A stretch of 64,000 bases of DNA. Origin: Nemertoderma westbladi. Its lineage: Eukaryota > Animalia > Xenacoelomorpha. The stretch covers positions 1-64,000 of the forward strand of contig JAUCBJ010009117.1 in NCBI GenBank assembly GCA_032718475.1, in the 5' to 3' direction. Below are positions 47,970 through 60,940 of the stretch, piece after piece. The notes below the pieces were generated by a model that had not been told where the DNA came from, did no database searches, and was given only the letters and a program-made list of their open reading frames with translations. The first letter of the stretch is position 1. Each line of letters opens with the position of its first letter. A program made the translations under genes and the position numbers.

Positions 47970-50230
47970 TGTGATCACCGCCTTATTGTGGCCAAGGTAA
48001 GACTTAGTCTGCGTGCTAACAGAACAACGAAATCTGCCTTGCAGCGGCATGACTGGTCCTCTCTGTTGCAACAGCCAAGTGTGAGATTCAGCTTCACACT
48101 ACAGCTGAGCAACAGGTATGAGGTTCTTGCCTCTGAGGCGACAGATCACTGTGAGGGCTATACTGCCTTCACAGAAGCAGTTAAGTTAGCAGCTGCAGAA
48201 ACAGTTCCTGTATACCCTCGAAACAGGAAAAGGGCCCCCTGGACTGACAACAAAATTCTAAAGTGCCGAAATGACCTCTATAAGGCGCAGAAAGAGTCCC
48301 GACTCAAACAGACTACAGCGGCCAAGAATGCAGTTAAGGCTGCATCTAGGTCACTGAACAGGCACTACTCTGTTAATCTACAGGAGCTAATAAACCAACA
48401 GGTTAATGCCATCAATGATGCTGACGACAGCAGGCAATCATCCCAGGCATGGAAATCGATCAACTTGCTTACTGGGCGGAAAAGCCAACCAACCACCAAG
48501 GTTAAGGCTGAATCACCAGCCGATCACCTCATGGTTGGAAGGCCCACTTTGAAAAGCTCCTCAATAATGACAGGGTATTGCCTGATAACTTTATAGAAGT
48601 AAAAGTGTCTGAGTCTGTACTCCCATATATTCCCATTGGCGATATCTCCTTTGCAGAAGTGAAGGCTGCTGCAAAGAGCATTAAGACCAATCGTGCCAGT
48701 GGAGTAGATGGTGTTCCCCCTGAGGTCTTTAAAATACCTGAGTGTTTAAAGCTCATCTATCCCATCATACATTAGTTAGACATGTACCGAACAACAAGAG
48801 TCCCACAAGAAATGAAAACAAATAAGTTGGTGCCAGTTCCCAAGAAGGGCAACCTAACACTCTATGATTCTTTTCGGTGAATCTCATTGATCTCTGTTGC
48901 TGCAAAGCTATACAATAGAGTCCTATTAAATCGCATCAGGGATCCCATTGGGAGACTGCTCCGTGGAAATCAGAATGGGTTCCGTAAAGGTCGTGGGGCC
49001 TAGGAGCCCATTTTGGCACTTAGAAGGATAATTGAAGAGTTATCAAAAAAAAATGACAGGCATCTGGCTGTTATCTTTGTTGACTTATCCAAGGCCTTTG
49101 ATTCAGTCTCTCGCTCACGTATCTTCAGCATACTTTCATTATATGGGATTCCTGATGAAATTATTGCAGCAATCAGATCAGTATACGATGGTTCGACAAC
49201 ATTTGTGTCTACTGTTGACGGTGACACAGAACCATTTGAAGTGTTATGGGGTGTCCTCCAGGGATTCACACTTGCACCATTCTTGTTCATAATGGTGGTT
49301 GACTATGTTCTACGCATGTCCTTAGATCATCATAATGATGATGGGGTGATGATAACTCCACCTACTGGCTCCAGAAGTCGAGGAAATCCTGCCAAGTACC
49401 TAACTGATCTAGACTTTGCTGATGACTTAGGAGTACTCTCAGAATCACTAGAGGGAACCCGACGGCTCTTCAGTTCATTAGAACATGCTGCTTCTACTGT
49501 AGTGTTGGTCTTTATATTAACTCCAGAAAGACGATAAAATTTTGACAGTTAACTTTGGAAGTCCTCAGCAAGTCTCTGATCGGATGAGCATAAGCTTAAA
49601 GGATGGTATGCTTGAGCATGTGGTCGACTTCTGTTACCTGGGATCATGGATCCGGAAGTCAGGCAAGGACCTTCGAATACGTAAGGGAAAGGCATGGGCA
49701 GCCTTGAAAAGGCTTTCCAGAATTTGGAAGTCACAGAGAATTAATCGGAAACTTAAAGTCCGATTATTTAGAGCAGCAATAGTCCCAGTACTCCTCTATG
49801 GGAGTCCATTTTGCTGGGCTGTAACTGCCGAGGACAGACACCAAATCTCTGGATGGTACTTTTATAAGAATGCTACGTCGGGGTCACTGTGTCAAGTATA
49901 ATGCACACACATCTCCAACCAGACACTATATAACATTGGAGGTGTCTCATAGGTTCCCCAAGCTTGATATTTGAACAAAGCCGCCTCCGCTTTGCAGGAG
50001 ATTGTTTTCGCAGTGAGGACCAGCCTGTGTAGTGCACAATCTTGTGCTTTGGCAGCCCCATGGAGAAAATAAGCATGGTGGACAGCCCATGACTTTTGTG
50101 AGACGCCTCTTAAAGGACACTGGTTTTGTAGATGCGAATAGTCTCGCGAAATTCATGGGGGATAGGGAGTTGTGGCGGTGAATCTTTGTTGATAAGCCGG
50201 CATAGCATTCTTAATGCACCCTGCATTGGG
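47970..50230 (+). pseudogene. RTE-clade LINE, 5'-truncated, frameshifted
   Basis: DHRLIVAK; VDLSKAFDSVSR; GVLQG; LDFADDL; FCYLGS; KLKVRLFRAAIVPVLLYG. Confidence 0.9.
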
Positions 50231-50439
50231 CTTGTCAATTGTGGATTGCATGGTGGTAGCAAAATATTTTTGTTAAGCCAGCATCTCAATGACCAGTTTC
50301 AATGCAGCAGGCCGATTATAGAGTTTAGCTGGAGATGTTCAATCAGTAGTGAGTGTGAAGATGTTCATGGTGAAGCAATGACAAATCGAGATTTATCTGT
50401 TTTAGAAGTCTACAATAACAATATCAGAGATGATGACTT

Positions 50440-50640
50440 CAGCTTTCGCCGTGAGGACCAGCCAGTGCATAATAGTGTGCTTTGGCGAATAAATAAACAT
50501 GGTGGACAGCCCATGCCTTTCTTGGGACGCCTGTTAAAGGCGATCTAAACACTGGCCTTGAAGATGCGAATGATCTAGCAAATGTCATGGGTGGTAGGGA
50601 GATGTGACAGCGCAATTTGGTTGTCAAGCCGGCAAAGCAT
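50440..50640 (+). repeat. Additional RTE 3' fragment
   Basis: Diverged duplicate of 50005-50210. Confidence 0.7.
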
Positions 50641-53600
50641 TATTAATATATATGTAATACATAATAATTAATTAGTAATTATAAAAATAATGGTAATATT
50701 ACAGTGTTTCTAATATAAGAGCTTTGCTTTATTGGACCCTTAGACCCACTAATAAGTCATTTAATGGGCCAGACACAGACTGTATCTGATAAAACCCCAC
50801 ATGCTAAAGATACAGTAACTGTTCGCGCTTTTGAAGACCTTTAGCAGTTTAACCTGCCAAAATTTATATGTCTTTTAGTTAATTAACACACCTTTAGCAT
50901 ACGACAATATTTTATGCTAATAAACAAAACATTAACCGAAGCCAGCCCATGCGCGATCATTCACCCGATGGATACACCCGGGAGGCTGAATTCGGCTGCT
51001 TAAATTTTATTATTGCAGTGTAAGGTTGCAGTGTAAACCTACTGTATTATTCGATTGATCGTTAATAATTAATTTCTGACAGATATTATTGGCTTTCGGG
51101 AAATATTAACAGTTCCTTTAGGACGTGGCGCTCTATCTATTTAAACAGAGCTAGGACTTATACTAAACGCAACGATACTGCTTATGATTAAAGTATAAGG
51201 CGCATTCTTTAGGAAATGCTTTGTTACCAATCACAATCATGCACACTATTCTGCCGACCGTCAGTAAATTTGATCACACATAAAGAGAGCAGCAATTGAC
51301 TCATGTAGGGTCTGCTAAATAACATTAGATTCAATACACACCACATTGATATAAATCGCAATTGTTATATATAGCCTGTCTCTCTAACCTGTAGTGTATC
51401 AAGAAAATTGGGAATTTTGGGTGATTTATCCGTATTCTCCAAAGGGCAATATTTCATCAACAAATAGATACAATTAACAACTGACGGTAAATAACAGTAC
51501 AAACAATATGATTAGTGCAGTTAAATTAAGTGAGTGAGACTAGTTGATTAGCTGATTAGATAACAGTTATACTTTCGATAATTTAAGCAGTTTTACTAGA
51601 GTTCTTCCCAAAAGCCGGTGGTCTGGCGAAAAATGGGAACACAACAACAGAATCATATAAAGAATCATATGACTACCTGACTATACGAGGATACCAACTA
51701 CCCTTATTCCCCGAAGCTCCCGTCCAACACAGAGGATGAGCATACAGATAGGAAATTCAGTTCAGTAGCTCTGGGATAGGTCAAAATCAACGCCCACTCA
51801 AATTCTATTGGCCGATACGGACAGCAGGGCTGAGGCAACCTCCCTAAGCTGGTTGGTCGATTAAACGGAGCCCAGATACCTTCATACATCACATCAGCCA
51901 ATAAGCTGGTAGCTTGCACTATTTTAGCTATAGATCCCTTTTAGAGTATTCTAGCGACCGGGGGGGGAACTGGCCAGCAAGGCAAACGAATCAGTTATCC
52001 CACAAAAGCTTTTACAGTAACCCCCTTTAATTGTATGTTCTAACCTAACTATTTTGTTTCACAATCTTGCAAAACAACAGATATCAAATTAAATGGTCTA
52101 AAACTCTACCTCTAAAAAATATGTGCCCAAACATATACGCTATTTTAGATTATATTTAGTCCAAAATTAGATCGCATTACTCAAGATTTCTTAAAATATT
52201 CAGTTTTTTTCGTTTTTCTCAAAACTACAAAAATCGACTTAGGGGGTTTTGTCGAATTAGTATGTCCATTAACTTTGTTCGAATTATCTGCATTGCCATT
52301 CCCACAACAGAAGTTCGTCGTTAAGGCTGTGGTGACCCTCCTGTGCATCAATACCGTTTTCATTACCACCGCAATCCCACAGCGCCAGTTTAGTTTGTAC
52401 TGTAGCTTTATTAGTTTGGAATTTTGGTGCGTGGTATATGTCAGTATGTAGACATCTGTAGGTATCTGGATCGTTCCTCAATAGTCAGAGTCACTGTCTC
52501 TCCTTTGTAAATTTATTGTTCAAATCATCAATTATTCTAGAACGACCGGCAACCAGTGTCCAGTACCATCCTACAGTCCTATATCAGCACATCTAGGCAT
52601 GCTGTGCTGGCATGCAGTACCGGTAGGTACATCAATTCGGGTTTTACTTAATTAATTAATGAAGCATTATTAAGTCAAATACTGCTGTACTGAAATATTT
52701 TCTTTCCGTTTTTCTATCGTTTTACAATCTTTGTAAATTGTATTTCCAGATCTTTTCACCACACCGTTCATCTGTCAGTCTGTTCATGCCGTTGGGAATA
52801 ACAGAATAAGTCAGTAAGTCCGATATAACTCCGTACTTCCCCGTTCAGCCGTTTGGTTCCGTTTTGGTACACGGTACCGTATATATCAGGCCTACATCGT
52901 ACACGGTCCTACGAATTATACCCCAAAAAAAAAAAAAATTACCCAAAAATACACAAAAAAATACAAAAAAAAACAAAAAATTTACAAAAAAAACACAATA
53001 ACATACAAAAAAACACAATATTACCCAAAAAAACTTATCCAAAAAGACAAAAATAATATATATCCTATAAAATGGTATAAACTGATAAGTTATGCCTATC
53101 AGCCTATACAGCTATAGCAGTAGGCCCTACAGCCCTATAGGCTGATAGGGGAATACTGGAATTTTTTATTACAGTATTATGCAGTTTGGGGTACGCACAC
53201 GGCCATTGGATTTTTCTGTTTTTATACCGGTACTGTCTGACTGTATGAAACTCAATGGTTAGGCTGTTAGGTTACAGTCTCACAGTAGTCAGGCTGTCAC
53301 GTCAGGTAGTGGCGGCCTCAAGCTGTCAAGGGCCCCAACCCTAATTAAAACTGTCATGTAACCCTAACCAGGAACCAGCTAACCCGAAGTCATAGGCCTA
53401 CAGGCCTAATCTAAGAAATTTAGCGGAATTTCTGACATTATTGCCATTAACGGCCCTTGCCTTAGGCCATTACACATTCAGACATTAGGCCTGACTGCGT
53501 GACAGCCTGACCAACTAACTGACTAACCCTAACCAAAATAATAAACCAAACCATCTTTACAAGAATAAATGGTTATGATAGGCCTATGCAGCTATGACCA

Positions 53601-54200
53601 ATGACTGTATGACTGTATGACAGTGTACCGGTAACTGTCTGACTAAAGGTCTGACTAAAGGCAGAAAGGTGGTTTGCAACAGTACTGCAGTACACAGGTC
53701 AGCAGGTCGTACAAGTAAGAAAAAGTGTCGGTTCCGGAAACTGCATTGAGCCGCCTATCTGCCTATAGGCATAGGCCTAGGGCTGCTGTGTACTGGTGTA
53801 GGGTTCCTATGTCTGTATGTGTTTTGGTAGTGTGATTTAGTATTTCAGTAGCCTAGGGTTCCCTATCCCGATCGGGATATATGAATATATCCCGATCGGG
53901 ATATATTCAACCTTTCCAAAAAGCGACCTAAACTATAAAAAAGCGACCCAAATGGCGCCATCCAGCAGATAGATCAGAAAAAATGGGTTATATTCGTTTG
54001 TGCCCCGCAAAGTGGTGTTAGGGCTTTCAAAAGATATTGCAGAGTGAAAATCATATATTTTGTAAATATCCCGATCGGGATATATTGTGGTAGGCTAATC
54101 ATGAGACATGAGATGATTGTATTTTTTTGTATAATGTATAAGTGTACCATTACTGCATTACTGGATTAGGGGGGCAGCTGGGTAGAGGGTGTGTGTCACT

Positions 54201-54921
54201 GGTGACAGACCGAACGTAATCAGGATCGAATGTAACATAGTTTTTACGAATCGAACCTAACCTCAATTATGTTACATTGGATCCTATAACTATGTTACAT
54301 TCGATCTACAAATTACTAAGCTCGAATGTAACATACATTTATTTCAGTTGTGTTTTGATTTCAGGAGTTAGGCCTAACCGATGAAATGCTTCGTTTATTT
54401 ACAGGAAGAAACAGTTTGGTGTTGGTGAGTACAAAACAAAGACCCAAGACACAATTAAGTGACCTGCAATCTTGTAACATGTGTTAACTTTCGTTTATTG
54501 TTTTGGTTCCCCCAACACGCCTCTATAACCTGCTCCTTTCAGTCTTTAAATAAATGTAACCTGCATAATCTTGTAACATCTGTTAACTTTCGTTTATTGT
54601 TTTGGTTAAGTTAACTTAACTTAAGTTAACTTAACTTAACCAAAACAATAAACGAAAGTTAACAGATGTTACAAGATTATGCAGGTTACATTTATTTAAA
54701 GACTGAAAGGAGCAGGTTATAGAGTATATTGTTTTGGTTCCCCCAACACGCCTCTGTAACCTGCTCCTTTAAATTTGTAAATGGCAATGTTACATTCGAG
54801 CTTAGTAATTTGTAGATCGAATGTAACATAGTTATAGGATCCAATGTAACATAATTGCAGTTACGTTCGATACGAAATAACTATGTTACATTCGATCCTG
54901 ATTACGTTCGGTCACGTATCC
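54201..54921. mobile_element. Mutator-type MITE with internal perfect palindrome
   Basis: GG...CC ends, about 130-bp TIRs (GACCGAACGTAATCAGGATCGAATGTAAC...), 10-bp TSD GTGTGTCACT (54191-54200, 54922-54931); near-perfect palindrome at about 54521-54724. Confidence 0.85.
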
Positions 54922-55032
54922 GTGTGTCACTACAACCAGAACCAGACTACAAACAGACATACAGACAATACTGCAGTTTAGTGTGTAGTACTGGTACTGT
55001 ATCTGCCTACTGGCCTACCAGTCTACGTAGCC

Positions 55033-55632
55033 GGGTGCTGGTCACCTCGCCGCACTGCCACTTCGCCGCAAGTCATCTCGCCGCAGATAATGTGCGGCGA
55101 GGTGTCTTGCGGCGAGGTGTCTCACTGTGAATGCCATTTCGCCGCAAATTTTCAGACACCTCGCCACAAGTCAATATTAATTATTTATTTCTATATTTAC
55201 AGGGAAGCCTATACTAAGACTATACAAAATGTTTTATTTGAACTACTGAACTAGTACAATATATTGTACTGCAGTCAACGCAACAATTAAACTATGGGAC
55301 CCTCCCCTCCCCTTCCCTCCACCTCCCCTCTCCTCCCCATAGTAATATGTGAACAGACCCTTAGAGTTGCAATTAAGGACTGTGATCAGTTAACATAAAC
55401 ATACAGTACCGGTATTAACCTTATTCTGTTATTACATTATGTTACTTTACTTCAGTACAGTTTCCGTTCTTAGAAATAAATGATTAATATTGACTTGCGG
55501 CGAGGTGTCCGATAATTTGCGGCGAAATGGCATTCACAGTGAGACACCTCGCTGCAAAGACACCTTGCCGCACATTATCTGCGGCGAGGTGACCTGCGGC
55601 GAAGTGGCAGTGCGGCGAGGTGACCAGCACCC
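55033..55632. mobile_element. Mutator-type MITE (600 bp)
   Basis: About 160-bp TIRs GGGTGCTGGTCACCTCGCCGCA...; 9-bp TSD TACGTAGCC (55024-55032, 55633-55641). Confidence 0.9.
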
Positions 55633-55708
55633 TACGTAGCCCTACTATGAAATTTCAACAGTTTGTTACAGTATCCCATATACTGATATAGGGATAGGCT
55701 ACAGCGCG

Positions 55709-56045
55709 AAGGTCTCTTAAACGTTTCAACAGATTGTTTCAGTATCCAACACACTGCATGAAGGTCTCTTAAACGTTTCAATATATTGTTTTAGTATCCA
55801 ATGTGCTGCACAAAGGTCTCTTAAACGTTTCAACAGATTGTTTCAGTATCCAACGTGCTGCATGAAGGTATCTTAAACGTTTCAATAAATTGTTTCAGTA
55901 TCCAAAGTGCTGGACAATGGTATCTCTTAAACGTTTCAATAGATTGTTTCTTCATCAATAGATTGTTTCAGTATCCAATGTGCTGCACAAAGGTCTCTTA
56001 AACGTTTCAACAGATTGTTTCAGTATCCAACGTGCTGCATGAAGG
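55709..56045. repeat. About 52-bp tandem repeat (about 6 diverged copies)
   Basis: AAGGTCTCTTAAACGTTTCAACAGATTGTTTCAGTATCCAACGTGCTGCATG. Confidence 0.85.
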
Positions 56046-56099
56046 TAGTAGCAGAGTAGATGCATAGTTCTCACTACAAAGGGCGGTACAGCGGGACAT

Positions 56100-56660
56100 T
56101 ACAGCCATCTACATGAACGCGGCGTTTCCGCGTGTATGAGGTTGGCAACCAAATTAAACTTTAGTTTCATTTCCATGGCAACAGCGGCCCGTATGTGGAA
56201 GCTAGTCATCCTCCCCGCAACAACCTATGGCTGCTGCGTCTACGGCGTTGACGCAGTGAGCGCACAGGCACTCACCCACGTTGAAACGGTAAGGGCGTTC
56301 TATTGGAAGCTGTGGTGCGGCGTGAGCAAATACGCGTCCACCACAGCCGTATTAAACGCCGTTGACAACGCACAGACAGCGAGCGACTCATCTCTCTCGC
56401 TCGGATCACTTGTGGGATTGCGGCGCCGCGCGGCAGCCCAGTTCTTATCAAACGGGTCGCACCACAAACTGTGCCGTGTGAGAAACTGCTGGAAGGCGGC
56501 GGCGCCTTCTTGCATTTGTCTGTTCTGCGACTCCGTGGCAATGGAGAAGGACCACGCCCTCAGCTGCACCGGACTCCCAGCAGCAACACCAATTTTAAAG
56601 CGAGCTGTGTTCCTCTACACCACAAGCCGTATAGATTCACAATTTAATAGAACCCCCTAA
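56100..56660 (+). pseudogene. Non-LTR retrotransposon ORF2 3' fragment with CCHC zinc knuckle
   Basis: VILPATTYGC.VYG...VETVRAFYWK...GVSK (post-RT pattern); CLFC-x8-H-x3-C; followed by an AT-rich 3'UTR. Confidence 0.7.
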
Positions 56661-58479
56661 TCCATAATCCATAATATATACCGGTACTCTAGTCATTATA
56701 TAATCATATTTTACTTTAAACGAACTTTACAATTTTAGCAACAAATAATGTGTTTTAATAATTTTATTTTATATTCCAACACCACACCAACTTATTGGTA
56801 TTATCTGATTATACGCATTCTGAGTTCATATTTCCTAATATAGCGATAACCCTCATGAAAACGAGACATAGTCTAATGGGGTTATCCTCGACGTCAAATC
56901 ACTACCTAATTAACTCTCAGTATATATATTATACGCATTGTGTATCTATAATTCCTAACTCTCAGTCGAGGTAAACTTATTACAAATAAATACAGTACAT
57001 AATATTTTATAGTAAGACAATAGAAATATATACATACAGTACATAGGCCTAATATTTTAAAGTAAGACAATAAACAGTAAATAAATACAGTTTTTAAAAA
57101 TGTATTAAAAAGACAACCTAAACCTTTTGATTACTACTTTACTACAGTACTACTAGATATATTTTATTGATGCCGAATGTTTTTATAATTATTGTGTTGT
57201 TGTTGCTTTTATTTATACCGTACATATCTTATCCACTGTTTTCGTTTGTCCTAAATGTCTTATCATAATTACAATAATTTTTAGTAAAATTACAATAATT
57301 TTGTGGTTGTTGCATTTATACATTTTAACTCGTATCCACTATGTTTGTTAGTTCTAAATTTTACCATAATTATGTTGTAAATATTGCAAATAGGGTTTCC
57401 AATCTATTGAAGGTCATTTTATTTATCTATGTTTTTTCTATTTTGTACTGTTTTAGATAAAACACATTTTCTTGGACATGTTGAACACCATGTACTGTAC
57501 ATTTGTTTGTTGTCGTTACCTTTTCCTACTTTATATGTTATATTTTAATGCTATCCTTAGTGCTTGTTTTAACTGATTTAACGTCAAATAAAAAAATTCC
57601 AATTCCATTCCTACCAGTAGGGAACATACCCTTAAATAAGCTCCAAAAGTGGGTTCTTATTTAAGGAAAATGGCTCTTATTTAGGGGTTTTTGGGCCTTT
57701 TTTGGATATTTTTTCGACATATTATGCAAGAACTTGTTTCAGTAAAAAATACCGCATAATTTTATTTCACAATATAAAAGTTAGTTCTTTCTTGAACATA
57801 ATGCAAAAAACCAGAATACATTTCACCGTCCGGTTTTTTTTCTACAAGCGTTTTAAAATTGCATCAAAAATACGACCAGTTCCTAAATAAGAGGGATTTT
57901 TTAAATTTACCTTATTTAAGACATCGAAATTGTACACATAAATACTAAAAGTCCTTAAATAAGAACTTTTTGACATGGGTTTCTTATTTAGGTATACAAT
58001 TTCATTCCAAAATCTGCATACTCCTTAAATAAATTAAATATTTCTCATTTCTCACAGAGAGTAGAAGCTGTTCCGCGACAATAATAATATTGCTCCTCAA
58101 AAGAGGGCCCTTACTGCCTTAGTACAGTAGTAAGGGGCCCTTTGCCAGCCCTGGCCCTTATTGCATCAGGGACGGGTTTTTCGACAGAGCCCATGCCGCT
58201 AGTCGATGGGGTTGACTTGTTGACGGAGAGGCTATTATGAGGCGCAATGGGATACGCATTGCGTATCTCCTTCTGTCAACCAATACTGGCCTCATTTCTC
58301 ATATATTAAATTAAATATCCTTATATAATGTCTCTTATAACCTCGTCTCCCAGCACTGTCCTCCTTCTGCCCTTATCTGCTTATGACAGTTATGACCTCC
58401 TACCTGCCTAACCTTGGCAGGACATTGCAAGATGCAGAGATAAGGGAGCTTATGAGCTTAATTGGATAGGTGCAAAAAT

Positions 58480-59970
58480 GCACCACGAGTAACAATGACC
58501 AACAATAAGCAACAACGAGCAACAAATGAACAATGAGCTGATGAGTAACAAAACAACGAGCAACAACGAGTAACAATGAGCAACAACGAGTAACATTGAG
58601 CAATAATAAAGTACAACAACGAGCAATAATGAGCAACAACGACTGAACGAGCAATATTAAAGTACAACAACGAGCAACATTGAGAAACAACGAGCAACAA
58701 TGAGCAATAATAAAGTACAACAACGAGAAACAACGAGCAATAATTATATTAATTAGGACATGAGGAACAACGAGTAACAATGACAATGAGTAACAACGAG
58801 TAACATTGAGCAATAATAAAGTATAACAACGAGTAACATTGAGCAACAACGAGAAACACTGAGCAACAATGAGCAATAATAAAGAACAACAACGAGCAAC
58901 AATGAGCAACAACGAGAAACAACGAGCAATAATGAGCAACAACGACTGAACGAGCAACAACGAATTATATTGAGCAACAATGAGCAATAATAAAGTACAA
59001 CAACGAGCAACAATGAGCAACAACGACTGACCGAGCAACGACGAGTAATATTGAGCAACAATGAGCAATAATAAAGTACAACAACGAGAAACAATGAGGA
59101 ACAACGACTGGACGAGCAACAATGAGCAACAACGAGTAACAATGAGCAACTACGACTACTACGGGTGAGTAACATTGAGCAACAATGAGAAACAATGAGC
59201 AACAACGAGCAAAAATGAGCAATAATAAACGAAATAAAGTACAACAACGAGCAACAATGAGCAACAGTGAGAAACAACGAACAACAATGAGCAATAATGA
59301 GGAACAACGACTGAACGAGCAACAACGAGTAACATTGAGAAACACCGAGCAACAATGAGCAACAACGAGCAATAATAAAGTACAACTAACGAGCAACAAT
59401 GAGCACCAACAAGCAACAATGACCAACAATAAGCAACAACGAGGAACAAATGAACAATGAGCTGATGAGTAACAAAACAACGAGCAACAACGTGTAACAA
59501 CGAGCAACAATGAGCAACAGCGAGTAACATTGAGCAATAATAAAGTACAACAACGAGCAATAATGAGGAACAACGACTGGACGAGCAACAATGAGCAACA
59601 ATGAGTAACAATGAGCAACTACGACTACTACGAGTAACATTGAGCAACAATGAGAAACAATGAGCAACAACGAGCAATAATAAACGAAATAAAGTACAAC
59701 AACGAGCAACAGTGAGAAACAACGAACAACAATGAGCAATAATGAGGAACAACGACTGAACGAGCAACAACGAGTAACATTGAGAAACACCGAGCAACAA
59801 TGAGCAACAACGAGCAATAATAGAGTACAACAAGCAACAACGAGCAATAATAAAGTACAACTAACGAGCAACAATGAGCACCAACAAGCAACAATGACCA
59901 ACAATGAGCAACAATGAATGACAAACAATGAGAAATAATAAAGCACAACGAGCAGCAATGAGCAACAAAC
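58480..59970. repeat. CAA/GAG-rich low-complexity satellite (about 10-bp GAGCAACAAY units with higher-order duplication)
   Basis: Degenerate ACGAGCAACAATGAGCAACA repeats; source of the Leu/Cys-rich spurious minus-strand ORFs. Confidence 0.9.
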
Positions 59971-59984
59971 TGCGTCGAACCGGA

Positions 59985-60302
59985 TTGAATGTGGGGGAGA
60001 GCCACATTCAAGTGAGCGAAGCCTTAGCATATGGGTGCTATTAACGAGTTGTCTGTCGTCGTTGTAAATTTTTTATCGCTAATAACTCAGTCATTCCTTG
60101 ATGAAATTAAACGAAACTTAGTATGTATGTAGTCTGTCAAAAGATTAGAAATAATCTGAAGTTTGGTAAAAAAACAAACGAACGCAATGAGGCAAATTAA
60201 GGAGACGAGTATTGTGTTGAACGACCTCTGACTAACGAAAGACAACATGTTAATGGGGTGGGGCCCCTATCAGCTAGGGCTAGCTAAGGCTTTGCTCACT
60301 TC
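59985..60302. repeat. Helentron/DINE-1-like (HINE) repeat
   Basis: Inverted AAGTGAGCGAAGCCTTAGC / GCTAAGGCTTTGCTCACTT, short GTCT-like tract, core TAACTCAG...AAACTTAGTATG; related to the split copy at 730-863/7513-7603. Confidence 0.5.
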
Positions 60303-60940
60303 ATGCTGCGCAAAGGTCCCACGAACGTGTCCCGCTCCTGCCTGAGCCAGTTGAGCCAAAACGTCATCCAGTCGTCATCTTTAACCTTCATAACGTCTAT
60401 CAGCTGCCCAACTGAACCATCTTTGTGCCTATTGACATGACATTGACATTGGTTTTTCACTTTTTTCACACCTTTCAAGTACAACATTGTGGACAATCCA
60501 TCTAAGTGGGGCGTAACGCGGAGCAGAAGAGGAAATGCAGGACACAAGTTAGTTTTTCGAAACTGTGCGGCGATGTCCAGTTACTTGAGTCATGTTCCAA
60601 TTTATTAATTGTCAAATACGTGACAATGTATGTGCACTCAGATGGGCGATGGGCTATTCTTTTGAATATCAATGGGCTATTCTCAGATTCTATGCTACCG
60701 TGTGAGGTACCGGTAAGAATGCCAGTGCTAGCAACTTCATTATGATACGATATTCTGTAGAGGATTTATAGAGTGCAGTGCAACCATTGTCCTTATCCTT
60801 AACCCAACAATTAGCAATATACAGACTGACATAAATCAAAGAATTGTGAAAGAAGTGTACCGGTACGCATACTGTAAGGAATAAGGAATATTTATTTTAT
60901 TTAAGGAATGTGCAGATTTTGGAATACAATTGTATTCCTA

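Noticed and set aside
52284-52560. LALWDCGG resembling a small-GTPase G3 motif; possible hAT C-terminal remnant
   Set aside because: No other GTPase motifs or convincing splice sites; both readings are too weak.
55709-56045. Tandem micro-exons (TTTCAG|21 nt|GT)
   Set aside because: The implied introns of about 31 nt are implausibly short and no host gene is evident.
58400-60030. Leu/Cys-rich minus-strand ORFs
   Set aside because: Translations of a low-complexity CAA-rich satellite.
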